A stretch of 64,000 nt of DNA, taken from IMG/VR virus record IMGVR_UViG_3300042557_001775, positions 8,743-72,742 of that record. One strand, written 5' to 3'. The notes beneath the pieces were generated by a model that did no database searches, was not told where the DNA came from, and worked only from the letters and a program-made list of their open reading frames with translations. Positions 19,805 through 29,952 of the stretch are shown one piece after another; within the stretch, counting starts at the first letter, position 1; the number at the start of each line of letters is the position of its first letter. A program made the position numbers and the translations under genes. This stretch comes from a virus.

Positions 19805-21736
19805 CTAAAGTTTACCGAGTTGGGCGCGAAGTTTCTTTAGCTCGGAATCGATGCGGCTCCATTGTTTTTTCGCCGACTCATAGTCTAGTCGTCCGTCGGC
19901 TCCCGGCAAAGGAACGATCGCCGCTTGATCTTTTGTAAGCTGGGCGATTTGGAACTCGACGCTTGCTCGTTTGCCGGACTTTGCCTGCTGAGCCTTCGCG
20001 CTGCTCGCTCGTGCGCTCAAAGCTTTGTACCTCTGGTCAGCGGTTTCTCGGGTCGAGGCGTCAACCGCATCCATATTTTCTGCCGTAAACGGATTCGGTT
20101 TGGCGACGTTGGCGGGTTTGGCTGCGGGCGCTGTAGCTGCATTCGCGCTGCCCGTCATCGCTCCGATAGATTCATCGGTAAGATCTTCGGGCGCGAAGAT
20201 TGAAATCCCTTGCCGCCCCCTCGAAATCACGGGCCTACCAGAATCACGGGCCGCTTTCATGGCGGCCGCCCGGAGAGCTGGCAACGTCGCTTCGTCAACT
20301 TTCCGCGCGCGTGCATCGTTATCGAAACGGTCGATATCCAAGACCGTGTCGTCGTTCGGCAGATTAAACGATTTATCGAGCTGGCTTCGCGTGCCATCGT
20401 CAGGTGCGGTCGCGCGCTTTTCGGACCAGATGCCGACATAATCGCGCGCCGTCATCGTCGGAGCCCCCGACACTTCGCGGTTTAACCGTGTGATCTCCCG
20501 GTTAAGAAACTCTTTTTCTACTGGGTCAGTCGTTGCGGCCGCAGCGGTCGTCAGCGCATCTACCCGCTTCTTGCCCAAATCCAATAGTTTTTCCGGATCG
20601 GGTCCGCTCTGAGGTTTGCCAAGCAGAGCAGCAAAGGCTTCCTCTGTCTTTTCGGCGTTTCTTTTTTGCACCGCGCCTACAAGCTGAGCTGGGGTGTACG
20701 CGCCTTGGGAAGTCCGCGACAATTCGTCGTAAAGATTCAACGAGTCGTCGTCAAACTTCCGCAGGGCGTCGTATTCTTGCGGCCCCAAGCCGAAACGCGT
20801 AGCGGCTTCGTCTAGGATGCGCTTTTGCGTTGTGCGGTATTTTCCTTGAATTCTCGGCGCCTCTTTGCGGCTGGAGCTGTAGACTGCTGCGTTGATGTTT
20901 CGCTCCAGGTCCTTGTCCGCTTGGAGGAACCTCCGCAGATCAGATGGCCCTTGCGGCGTCTCGGTTTCGGCGTCCGGCTGGCTGGCAAATGACTTTGCGT
21001 CCCCGCCAGTATACGGCGTTTGGAAGTTTGTCAGGGGATTCTGGGACAATGTGCGGCTCGCTGAAGACATCACTTCGGCTTTCTCAAAGTCGCTAATCGG
21101 CTGAGAAACATCCTGCACGGACGCGTCAGAGCCAACGGGCGCAAGTTCGGTCAAATCAAGGTCGGCTCCGAAGTTGTCCAGAACGTTAGACCTGGGCGCC
21201 TCTGCAAAAGTTCGCAGTAATGGATTGCCGGCCGCCGCGCTTGTCGTTTCGGACAAAGACACTGGACCTGGCCGATCCATCATGTCTTGCGGCGCCATGC
21301 GACGCGCATCGTCCGAAATCGGAGCTGCTTGTTTCGTCGCTTGTCCCGGAGTCGCTTTGGGGGCGATTGAGCCAGGACCAAAAAGATCGCGGAATTGATC
21401 TGGATAGAGTCCAGAAAAATCGTCGTCACCTTCGAGGCTGCCTTGAGCTAAAGACCGCCGATATTCGGCAGTCGCCAAGGATTCGCTGGCTGCCGCTTGG
21501 CTTGCTGTTATTTGGGCTCGCAGCTTTTCAAGCTCAAGCTGCGCCGCCGTGGCCGCGTACGGCAGCGTCTCCCGCTTGATGGCGTTGTTGAGCGCCGACT
21601 CCTCTTGGCGTCGCTGCTCCTCTTGCTGCATGAGCTTAGTGCGACGGACATCGTTAAACGCCGCGATGCCCACTCCGATGGGGTTCCAGTCCCATGGAGG
21701 TGCTGTGCTGATTGGTGCGAATGCTGCTCCTGCCAT
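19805..21736 (-). CDS. internal virion (ejection) protein
   Basis: Position; Ala/Gln-rich coiled coils. Confidence 0.65.
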   Translation of the reverse strand: MAGAAFAPISTAPPWDWNPIGVGIAAFNDVRRTKLMQQEEQRRQEESALNNAIKRETLPYAATAAQLELEKLRAQITASQAAASESLATAEYRRSLAQGSLEGDDDFSGLYPDQFRDLFGPGSIAPKATPGQATKQAAPISDDARRMAPQDMMDRPGPVSLSETTSAAAGNPLLRTFAEAPRSNVLDNFGADLDLTELAPVGSDASVQDVSQPISDFEKAEVMSSASRTLSQNPLTNFQTPYTGGDAKSFASQPDAETETPQGPSDLRRFLQADKDLERNINAAVYSSSRKEAPRIQGKYRTTQKRILDEAATRFGLGPQEYDALRKFDDDSLNLYDELSRTSQGAYTPAQLVGAVQKRNAEKTEEAFAALLGKPQSGPDPEKLLDLGKKRVDALTTAAAATTDPVEKEFLNREITRLNREVSGAPTMTARDYVGIWSEKRATAPDDGTRSQLDKSFNLPNDDTVLDIDRFDNDARARKVDEATLPALRAAAMKAARDSGRPVISRGRQGISIFAPEDLTDESIGAMTGSANAATAPAAKPANVAKPNPFTAENMDAVDASTRETADQRYKALSARASSAKAQQAKSGKRASVEFQIAQLTKDQAAIVPLPGADGRLDYESAKKQWSRIDSELKKLRAQLGKL

Positions 21737-21741
21737 AATGC

Positions 21742-23241
21742 TTAAATATAACTGAATGATTTATTTCCAACCCCATACTGACCGGCTGGAGTGTAATAAT
21801 ACTGACCGACACCCCACCGCGACATCTCAGAAGGGTCTTTTCCCCACGCTTTAGCCGCGCCGGTAGCCGATCCATAAAAACCTGAATTACGGTCTAAGCC
21901 TCCCGTCACCATCGAGCTTAACGAGCTTCCGACACCTAGGATATCGTTGAAGCTAAAGCGACTTTGGGGTGCCGAGAAGCTCCTGCTGTAGTCTCCGCCG
22001 CCTCCACTGCCGCCAAGCGATCCCCCAAGGCTCGCCCCTAATGAAGCACCTGCGGCAGTGCCTAACCCAGGGGCCACGAAAGTGCCTACTAAACCCCCTG
22101 CGACAGCTCCGCCGAGTGACGCGATAGAAGATAGCCCCGCTGCGTATTGCCGGTTCTTGTCCGCTTCTACTTGAAGTTGATTTTGCCAAGACGTGTTGTT
22201 GATGCTCTGTCTCCAGTCACCCCACGTTGTAGCAGCCGCGACAGACTGTCTTGACGCGGAGTCGTACGCAGAGGTCTGCATGGCGCCGCTTTTTAGTATC
22301 GCGTCTAGCCCGCCCAAGTATCGTGTCTTGCCCATGTCGCTTTGCGACACAAGAACATCCCGTGCGACGCCTTGCCGGGCCCCTAAAATTGTATTCAAGC
22401 CAGTCTGTTGATTCCGAACGTATGCTTGTTGCGCTCCAAATATATTTTCGTTGTTTCGCTGGTTTATTGTTAGCGCGTCTTTACTGCTTATCCCCAGGTA
22501 GTCACTGGCCTGCGCTGCCGTGGTTTGCAATCCGGATACTTGGGTGTCGTAGATAAGTTTCGCCCAATTCTGGGCGCTTTGGTCTGCCTGCATCGCAAGA
22601 TCCAGCGAAGTGAGGCCTAAGTTACGAGCGGCCAACGCCGATCCCGCTTGGCTTCCAGCCCCAAGTCCTCCCTGAAGAGCCCCGTACGCGCTTTGCCGTT
22701 GCACGGAAGCCATCACGTCGGCGGGCAAACGCCCTTGTAACATCTCAAGGTTGTTCCGGCTAATCTGCTCTTGCTGAGCTAACTGATACGGGTTTGCCCG
22801 GTCGATCATGCTTTGCCGAGTACGGAACGCAGACTCCGTCAACTTGTCGGCAAAACTAATAAAATTGTCTGCATTCTTTAGGTTGAAATCGACTGCCTCT
22901 TGGCCTGAGCGCGTAACAAGGCCGTCTGAACGAGTTTTGTATTCGTCGATATAGCCTTTCTCTTCTGCGTAGAGTGCCGGCAGCGCGTCTCGAAAAGACG
23001 CGATGGCATCTTGCATCGATGTAGAATATTCGGTGTTGGCGGACTCGATAAGAGAGCGGTAGTCACCAGCTCTTTCTTGCTCTAGCGTAACAACCTCCTT
23101 GGCCGCAGCGATACTTTTATCGACGTACGCTTTGATCGCGGCCATCGATTTCCCGTACGCATTGTCCGCAAGCTGAATTCCTTTTTGCTCCCGTTCCCGG
23201 TTCACCTTCCCCGGATCGCCTTTGCTGCCGCCCATGCTCAT
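21742..23241 (-). CDS. internal virion/pilot-like protein
   Basis: GGAGG RBS, MSMGGSKG start; Gly/Ala/Gln-rich with glycine-zipper hydrophobic C-terminal segment. Confidence 0.7.
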   Translation of the reverse strand: MSMGGSKGDPGKVNREREQKGIQLADNAYGKSMAAIKAYVDKSIAAAKEVVTLEQERAGDYRSLIESANTEYSTSMQDAIASFRDALPALYAEEKGYIDEYKTRSDGLVTRSGQEAVDFNLKNADNFISFADKLTESAFRTRQSMIDRANPYQLAQQEQISRNNLEMLQGRLPADVMASVQRQSAYGALQGGLGAGSQAGSALAARNLGLTSLDLAMQADQSAQNWAKLIYDTQVSGLQTTAAQASDYLGISSKDALTINQRNNENIFGAQQAYVRNQQTGLNTILGARQGVARDVLVSQSDMGKTRYLGGLDAILKSGAMQTSAYDSASRQSVAAATTWGDWRQSINNTSWQNQLQVEADKNRQYAAGLSSIASLGGAVAGGLVGTFVAPGLGTAAGASLGASLGGSLGGSGGGGDYSRSFSAPQSRFSFNDILGVGSSLSSMVTGGLDRNSGFYGSATGAAKAWGKDPSEMSRWGVGQYYYTPAGQYGVGNKSFSYI

Positions 23242-23711
23242 GCGGCCTCCTTCCCGATCCACTCAATTGGATCGTCATTCGCGGTGAAGAATTTCCACAT
23301 TTCAAGGCTCGACTCCCGGGCGGCTTCGGGGCCTCGAAGGATCATCACGATCATCGGAGCCATCAGGAGATGGACGTCCCGGAGCGTCAACGCATAGGCG
23401 CGCCCTCTTGACCCTTCGCGCTCCAGTTCCACCGAATCCCGCCAAGCGATGATGGCTTGGAAAATTAGCGGCATCAGCTTCGCTTTGTGCGCGTTGAAAA
23501 ACTCGTTGGTCGGCAGCTCGACCAAAGCACCCCAGAAAGTCAGGTCGATTTCTTCGCGGGGCGGCAACTCGTCCCCGTCCACGAGGGCATCCCAGAGTTC
23601 GGAAATGCCGCCGAGCGTCGTGATAAAGTCGAGTGCGCTTCGGTCTCCGCCAAACCATTCAAGCAGTTTGGCGTCTCGGGCGTCTCTCCATTCAGGTGAA
23701 TCGTAGATCAT
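23238..23711 (-). CDS. conserved helical phage protein (WDxLVDGD motif)
   Basis: ELWDALVDGD...LP.NEFF motif; located between adaptor and internal proteins. Confidence 0.65.
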   Translation of the reverse strand: MIYDSPEWRDARDAKLLEWFGGDRSALDFITTLGGISELWDALVDGDELPPREEIDLTFWGALVELPTNEFFNAHKAKLMPLIFQAIIAWRDSVELEREGSRGRAYALTLRDVHLLMAPMIVMILRGPEAARESSLEMWKFFTANDDPIEWIGKEAA

Positions 23712-23712
23712 G

Positions 23713-23733
23713 GGTTAGCAGGTTATTATATCA
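23713..23733 (-). promoter_or_regulatory. extended -10-like TGATATAAT fused to AACC-N4-AACC element
   Basis: Minus strand reads TGATATAATAACCTGCTAACCCATG. Confidence 0.45.
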
Positions 23734-26700
23734 CCGCATGAAGCGGACTGCACGTCGGATGGGCGGCTGCCCCGTGAAGTTCTGCTGTGCGAGCTGGGTG
23801 GCGAGCATTTGGGTGGCCTTCTCCATATGGGCCGCGATCTGGTCTCCTCCCAGAAGAAAACCCTTGGCGGCCTCGAAGACGGCGGCAAAGTTCCGCAGAT
23901 ACATCTTCTCGTTGTCTGAAGCATGAGGCAAGAAGCGCCGTTTCCCGAGGATACGGACCACGGGGACAGTGTCAGGCAGAGTGATGAAGTATTTCCGCTT
24001 GAGCTTGTTGCCGTCAGCGGGATCGGGGGCCTCGCCGCGATCGACTGCGCCTTGCATCCAAGCGTAGTCGTCCCCGCGATAGCCAGGACCGCCGCGCAGC
24101 CATTCGGAGTACCTATCATGGACGGCACGGGGATTGTTATCGAAGGACATGAAAAGGATCGTCTCAATCTCCTGGGGCAGGAAAAACTCGCCCGTCGCGG
24201 TGACGTTGAGCGTGTAAGTGTCCACGCTGCCAACCCATTTGCCGGTCAGCATGAGCTGCTCCTCGGCGGTGTTGATGAACCGCTTCACGGCGGCATCGGA
24301 AAGGCGATACGCCTCGGGGAGTTCCAGCCCCGCTCTGCCCCAGTGGTAACCGAACGTGTCCGGGGCAGAGGCCGACAACTGCTGCCGCTTGGCGCGGCGG
24401 GTTTCTTCGATGTCGGCCACAATGTCGCGTTCGACCAGAGCAAGAGCCGATGCCTTTATGGCTCCGGCTGCGTCGGCATACTTGGAATCATCGTCACGAC
24501 CGTTGACGACAACTACCGATCCAGACGGGGAGTTGTTCTTGCGCGTCATGGCGGCCGGGACCAAGTAGCTCTCGATCATCAGCTTTTTCTGCTCGTACGT
24601 CACGGCTGGGCGCGGGCCGCTGTAATCTTCGCGCCGTTGGAGGAACGCCTGATGGGAACGGATTTCTGTGACGGCTTGGTCGGCCAACGTCTGCATCCTC
24701 GAAGCGGGGATCTGCAATCCTCCGGCGATTTCGTTGTGGAGGCGCCCGATTTCTCCGGTCGCATCGCGCCGGGCTTCTTCGACGCCGCGAACGAGATTCC
24801 TTTCCACGAGGGCAAAGGCTTCTTGCTTAAAGGCCGCAGCGGCGTCGGCTTGCCCCCGGGAGGTGGCAACATAGGATTCGACGAGCTTTTTGCGGATCTC
24901 GTCGTCGAACGTCCCGGGTGCGGTCGCCTTGTAATCTTCGCGGCGGGCCAAGAAGTTAAAGTGCGCGGCGGCCTCGGTGTTGGCGGTTGTCAGGTAAGCG
25001 TCAATCCGCGCCGTTGGGATTTTCACGCCGTCAGGCAACTCATTGTGCAGCCGCCCCGCGAATGTAGCTACAGCGCGACGAGACGCTTCTACCTGAGTCA
25101 TCAGGTCACGCTCGATAAGTTCAAAGGCTTCCTGTTTTAGTTTGGTGGCTACGTCGGGAGCGGCTTGAGCGGTAGCGAGGTAGGACTCGACCAACTTTTT
25201 ACGGACTTCAAAAGAAAAGGTCGCAGGAGCTGTCGCGTTGTAGTCTTCCCGTTTCGCCAGAAAATTGTAGTGCGCGAGGGCTTCCGTTGCCGCCGTACTC
25301 AAGTAAGTCGTAAGTCTCGCTGTCGGGACTTTCACGCCGTCGGGAAGTTCGTTGTGTAAACGGGTTTCGTCCGGAAGTCCGGCAACACTGCGACGGGTAG
25401 CCTCTACCTGAGTCATCAGGTTGCGTTCGATCAGCTCAAACGCCGTCTGCTTCAACTGACTAGCGACGTCGGGCGTCCCTTGGGCAACGGCGATACATGC
25501 TTCAACGAGCTTTTTGCGGATCTCAAACGGAAAAGTCGGCGCGGTCGCGTTGTAATCTTCTCGGCGCGCCAAGAAAGTGAAGTGATCCGTAGCTTCGCTT
25601 ACCGCCTGGGACAAATACGCGGCAAGGCGAGTAGTCGGGTATTTGAGCCCCTCGGGAAGTTCGTTGTGCAGCTTGGCGACGTCTGCGTCATCGGTGTACT
25701 CGCGACGAGCCGTTTCCACTTGCGCCATCAGGTTGCGCTCGATAAGCGAAAACGCCTCGGCTTTAAGGCTCACGCTCAAATCAACGACTTTGTCGTTTCC
25801 TGCCGTTGCGGCGCCGCGCGTCGTGGCATGATACGATTCGATCAGCTTTTTGCGAATTTCATAGGGGAACGGGATAGGCAGAGTGCCGGTGGAGTAGTCC
25901 TCGCGGCGAATCAAAAAGTTCCAATGGGCCGTCGCGTCCAAGACCGCTTGATTCATGTAGTCTACGATGCGCGCAGTCATCACTTTGACGCCATCGGGTA
26001 GTTCGTTGTGCAATCGCCCAATCTCGCCGGGTTGGTCGCGCCGATTAGCTTCAACCCTTGCCATTAGATCGCGCTCGATCAACGAAGCGGCTTCTTGCTT
26101 CAAGGCGGTTGCAACGTCGGCCTGTCCGCCAGCGGTCGCGATATACGCTTCGACTAGTTTCTTTTTGATCTCAAAAGGAAACGACGGAAACGGCGGGTCG
26201 GTTTCTCTGTAGTCTTCGCGGCGCGCGAAGAAAGCCCACTGAGCGGCAGCGTCGGTCCCCGCTTGAGACAAATAGGTTTCAAGCCGACTGGTCTTAAACC
26301 GAGTTCCGCCGGGCAGCTCATTGTGCAAGCGGCCAGCTTCGCCGGGATAACCTTTACGTTCCGCCTCGACCAAAGCCATCACGTTGCGCTGGATCAACTC
26401 GAATGCCTGCGTTTTGATCGCGCCACCGTCGGCTCCATTGTCGGTCATCAACAAAGACAGCGTCAGGAGGCGGATGACTTCTCCCGGTAGCGCGGCTGGA
26501 AATGAAGTGGCGTCGCTGGAGAGCGCGATAAACGTCAGCGGGACACGATCAAATTCCTCCGACCGAGCAATGAAGTTGTGGTGGTCTATCGCCTGTTGGT
26601 ATGCCTGATTAAGGTAAGACCGAATACGGGTCGCGGTAAGCCGATACTTAGAAACGGTCTCAAGCCCAACTCGCCCGACCATGCCGCCGAAAGTGTTTTG

Positions 26701-27099
26701 GCTACTCAGGGCCAAAGTTTGAAACGCGGTCTTACGCTCGCGGTCCACCGTGGTGGTGATTTTGCGCTCGATATACGAGTAAGCTTTTTGCTCCAGAACA
26801 GCCGCCCGCTCTAAGTCGTTGTTCTCTTCGCGCCATAGCGCGAGGATCATGCTCTTGGTCGCGTCCGGCTCGTCGAGAATCAAGAGCCCGGTAAGTGGAT
26901 TGCCGGTCGTGCCACCAGCTTGCCAGACAAGCTCAGTACGCTCTGCCTCTTCCTGCCGAGAGACAAAATTAAAATGATCGATCAGACGACGTTGCGCTTC
27001 GTTTATTCGGCTGTCGATGCGTGCAGAATTGCTCGTGGCTACGCCATTATCGACGTAGGCGGCGAATAACCCGCGTGCTTGGACAAACGAAGTAGCCAT
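23731..27099 (-). CDS. head-tail adaptor (tail tubular A-like) protein with tandem ~103-aa repeats
   Basis: Six clear (R/K)LHNE..REDY..EI(R/K)KKL..LIER repeats, two degenerate N-terminal units, and a complete adaptor-like C-terminal domain (FINTAEEQL...KW.G...LPQEIETIL). Confidence 0.7.
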   Translation of the reverse strand: MATSFVQARGLFAAYVDNGVATSNSARIDSRINEAQRRLIDHFNFVSRQEEAERTELVWQAGGTTGNPLTGLLILDEPDATKSMILALWREENNDLERAAVLEQKAYSYIERKITTTVDRERKTAFQTLALSSQNTFGGMVGRVGLETVSKYRLTATRIRSYLNQAYQQAIDHHNFIARSEEFDRVPLTFIALSSDATSFPAALPGEVIRLLTLSLLMTDNGADGGAIKTQAFELIQRNVMALVEAERKGYPGEAGRLHNELPGGTRFKTSRLETYLSQAGTDAAAQWAFFARREDYRETDPPFPSFPFEIKKKLVEAYIATAGGQADVATALKQEAASLIERDLMARVEANRRDQPGEIGRLHNELPDGVKVMTARIVDYMNQAVLDATAHWNFLIRREDYSTGTLPIPFPYEIRKKLIESYHATTRGAATAGNDKVVDLSVSLKAEAFSLIERNLMAQVETARREYTDDADVAKLHNELPEGLKYPTTRLAAYLSQAVSEATDHFTFLARREDYNATAPTFPFEIRKKLVEACIAVAQGTPDVASQLKQTAFELIERNLMTQVEATRRSVAGLPDETRLHNELPDGVKVPTARLTTYLSTAATEALAHYNFLAKREDYNATAPATFSFEVRKKLVESYLATAQAAPDVATKLKQEAFELIERDLMTQVEASRRAVATFAGRLHNELPDGVKIPTARIDAYLTTANTEAAAHFNFLARREDYKATAPGTFDDEIRKKLVESYVATSRGQADAAAAFKQEAFALVERNLVRGVEEARRDATGEIGRLHNEIAGGLQIPASRMQTLADQAVTEIRSHQAFLQRREDYSGPRPAVTYEQKKLMIESYLVPAAMTRKNNSPSGSVVVVNGRDDDSKYADAAGAIKASALALVERDIVADIEETRRAKRQQLSASAPDTFGYHWGRAGLELPEAYRLSDAAVKRFINTAEEQLMLTGKWVGSVDTYTLNVTATGEFFLPQEIETILFMSFDNNPRAVHDRYSEWLRGGPGYRGDDYAWMQGAVDRGEAPDPADGNKLKRKYFITLPDTVPVVRILGKRRFLPHASDNEKMYLRNFAAVFEAAKGFLLGGDQIAAHMEKATQMLATQLAQQNFTGQPPIRRAVRFMR

Positions 27100-27782
27100 T
27101 AAGCCGGTATTTCTTCAACTGTCACTAAGACATTCCCACTCGCGCCGAAGAGGTCTGGCGTGGTACTAGAGCCCGCGAGATACGCAGTGCCGCTGGTAGT
27201 CCCGACGCGCAGCGAATAAGTAACAGCGGTCGTAGTGTTGGGGGTGTGCAGCCCTTCGACAATAATACTTCTCGACTCGGCGGCGCCGCCAAAACTAGTT
27301 ACCGTAGCGGCGAAGCACGTCGATTCGATGCCAGCCATCAGGCCCGCCGTAATGGACGCGGGGTACGTTGCCCCGCCGATGGAACAGCTCGGCAAAAAAG
27401 CACGAACCAGCATTTTGTTGGCGGTTGTGCGCGGGGTGATGCCCGGCGTGTTTAGCACGTTGGCCCCCGCGTTCCCCGGCAAGGCCGTTGACGAACCCGT
27501 CGCTATCACTCCAGAAGTGGAAAAGTGCGACAAGCTGGCCGTGACAATATTGCTTCCTATCACAGTCTGCCATTTCGCGTCCCAAAACCCGTTGAGGGTT
27601 CCCTTGGAAGTATCTAGCCACAGCGCCGATCCGTCAGTCGGGACGTTGGTGTTTACCCCACTGATAAACACAATCTTTTTGCCTGCTGGCGCGGTCAAAT
27701 AGGACGCAAACGTCTCCAACAAAGTTTGGAGATTGCTCGGATACTTTGAGTTTACGGGCAGAGTTCCGGGTATAAGCGGCAT
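27099..27782 (-). CDS. tail fibre/spike-like protein
   Basis: Thr/Ser/Gly-rich beta protein; P.TT.AVTY..RVG..SG...VTVEEI C-terminal pattern. Confidence 0.6.
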   Translation of the reverse strand: MPLIPGTLPVNSKYPSNLQTLLETFASYLTAPAGKKIVFISGVNTNVPTDGSALWLDTSKGTLNGFWDAKWQTVIGSNIVTASLSHFSTSGVIATGSSTALPGNAGANVLNTPGITPRTTANKMLVRAFLPSCSIGGATYPASITAGLMAGIESTCFAATVTSFGGAAESRSIIVEGLHTPNTTTAVTYSLRVGTTSGTAYLAGSSTTPDLFGASGNVLVTVEEIPA

Positions 27783-27784
27783 AA

Positions 27785-29680
27785 TTAACGTTTATTGAAG
27801 TGTGGGCTTAATAGTATATCCCATCCGAAAGGAGCGCAACTAGCCCTCGGGGTAATGATCATGGCTTTGGTCGCGGTGCAAGGAACACAAAACACCCGGC
27901 CGTCCGGCAATACAACTCCTCCCGCATAAGCTCCTTTACCGAAGCCGTCTTGGGTGGTTGGAGGCGTCGGAAACCCCGGTAGCTGAATCGAAGCGGTGGA
28001 GCCAGAAGCGTCAGAGTCAAAAACGCGCGGAAATTGTGCCCGCCCCGGAATGAGAACGACAAACCCATCCGGCAGCCGGACCATGCCGGAATAGTCCTCG
28101 ACAGTGCTGACCGGGAGGCTGACCGCCGTGCGTAACAACTGTTGCGCGTCAGAGCTGAACACCTCTATCTTTAACGTCGTCGGGCTAGATTGATCGACGA
28201 GCGGAATCAATATCTCGCCTCGAGCGTTAAGCAATGGGGCTGCGCGAAAATGCGACTGCGGCTCGGACGGAGTTGGAAACAAGTTTAGCTGTTGTGACCC
28301 GTTGTAACCGCCGGGGGCAAGCGCACCTGTTCCGCTTTGATAAACATGTGCGCCGAAAAACACGTCGCCTTGGGAAGTTAACGAGGCCCCGCGAGTAAGA
28401 TACGTCCCTTTATTAAGACCCGTAAGCACTTCTAGAGTGCCGTCCATGCGAACTATCGCAGGATTAACGCTGGCGTTTGGTGCCAGAAACGCGGACCGGT
28501 GTCCACTGAACTTGCGCGTGTTTGGCAGCATAACCCCTCCTACAAACGCTCTGTTCGGAAGCGACGCGACTTCGTTGGTCCACACAGATCTATTTTCGTA
28601 AGGATAGTACAGCAGCGCTCGCTTGGAGTTGTATGGAACGCACACCACAGCAATTTGAGGTATGCGGGTATAATTGTAAGACGCGCTGTCAAGCGCATCG
28701 CCAGCCGCCGACACGGGATAGTCCGCCATGAGAACGCCGCCGGCAAAAAGGGCGCCTGTGTTGGGATAAGTTCCGTTTTCTGGAGTCGGTGCCGATACAA
28801 TCACATCCTTCCTCGGGTCGTAAATCATTGCTTCCGTATAATTGAAAGGAACTAGAAACACGCGCCCATCGGGAAGTAATACCCCGCCGCTAAAGGCCCC
28901 GCCGAATCCAGCGGTCAAAGTCGAGCCGCCTGGAAACGTCGGAGCCGCCGCCCGGGAACGACCGACAACTGGAAAACTTCTATTTCGGGATGCCGTTAGT
29001 TCTAAGTTTGAGCGTAGCTGAGTAAAAAAAGTACCTTCTTGCTGCCCAAACCAGCGCGTGGTCCCATCGGGCGCTGAATTCAAAAAGTGTACGCAGGCAT
29101 CAAGGTCGCCGGCCGGATGGCCGCCTGTTACTCCCCGCCCGAAGTGAGTGGACAAAACAGCTTCGGTCGCAATGTTCGTCGATCCCACAGCTCCTGGTTT
29201 GAGACTGCGACTGCCCACCGCATTATCCGCGAGGTGCTTCTCTTGAACGGGTCGAACCTGATTAGAATCTGTTGGCGCGGCGCTTACCGGATGATCAAGC
29301 TGCTCGTCGCCGATAGCCCGCGCCTTAATGTGGTTTCGCCCAACCGCGCGCTGCGAATCGTCGGTGGGGCTGCTTTGCAGTTTTGTTTCAGTGACGGACC
29401 CGTCTTGTAGCTTACTGGCCGTAACCGATAGGCCGGGCAAAAGGTTCGCTAACCCTACTTCCGCAGCTACCTGGCCCCTCCGCACGATCGCGACGTCTGT
29501 GGTCAACGTCGATGTAAGAGGAGCTTCGATTCCGCCATTGTAAATCCAGTTACGCAATGAGGCCATCGAAGCGTTGAAGGTTTCACTCGCTCTTGAGACC
29601 AACATCAAGTCCGTAGCTGCGACCGGCTCTAGCACTGGGTCAAGCTGCGCTATCGTTTTGTTTGTGGTGTAGTTCGGCAT
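27785..29680 (-). CDS. tail fibre/receptor-binding protein with beta-propeller repeats
   Basis: VTASKLQDGSVTETKL fibre repeats; repeated (F/Y)xGGVxLPDGRVFxVP blades. Confidence 0.7.
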   Translation of the reverse strand: MPNYTTNKTIAQLDPVLEPVAATDLMLVSRASETFNASMASLRNWIYNGGIEAPLTSTLTTDVAIVRRGQVAAEVGLANLLPGLSVTASKLQDGSVTETKLQSSPTDDSQRAVGRNHIKARAIGDEQLDHPVSAAPTDSNQVRPVQEKHLADNAVGSRSLKPGAVGSTNIATEAVLSTHFGRGVTGGHPAGDLDACVHFLNSAPDGTTRWFGQQEGTFFTQLRSNLELTASRNRSFPVVGRSRAAAPTFPGGSTLTAGFGGAFSGGVLLPDGRVFLVPFNYTEAMIYDPRKDVIVSAPTPENGTYPNTGALFAGGVLMADYPVSAAGDALDSASYNYTRIPQIAVVCVPYNSKRALLYYPYENRSVWTNEVASLPNRAFVGGVMLPNTRKFSGHRSAFLAPNASVNPAIVRMDGTLEVLTGLNKGTYLTRGASLTSQGDVFFGAHVYQSGTGALAPGGYNGSQQLNLFPTPSEPQSHFRAAPLLNARGEILIPLVDQSSPTTLKIEVFSSDAQQLLRTAVSLPVSTVEDYSGMVRLPDGFVVLIPGRAQFPRVFDSDASGSTASIQLPGFPTPPTTQDGFGKGAYAGGVVLPDGRVFCVPCTATKAMIITPRASCAPFGWDILLSPHFNKR

Positions 29681-29952
29681 TAAAGCGATAGTTTGAAATT
29701 CAATGTGTCATCATTTGCCGCAAACGTGCTGAGCAATAAATAACGGTTGCTGTTAATGAGTAAATATACAGCTTCTGTCGGGCGATTGTAGCTCAGATGC
29801 CCGTCGAATGCTTGCGTCCCCAGCAGTTGCTGCGTCGGCAAGATTGCGGTCGCGTACACTGGTGCTGAAAGCCCCCCGCTGAGCGGTCTACAACCTACCC
29901 CGGTAGTAGCCCCTATTTCCAGTGGCGCCGCCGTTATAGCGCGGCAGCTCAT
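29680..29952 (-). CDS. small structural-module protein
   Basis: Translationally coupled on both sides. Confidence 0.55.
   Translation of the reverse strand: MSCRAITAAPLEIGATTGVGCRPLSGGLSAPVYATAILPTQQLLGTQAFDGHLSYNRPTEAVYLLINSNRYLLLSTFAANDDTLNFKLSL

Noticed and set aside
24400-26400. CRISPR array or DGR template/variable repeats
   Set aside because: Repeats are in-frame ~310-nt coding units that diverge broadly; no spacers, adenine-specific pattern or reverse transcriptase seen
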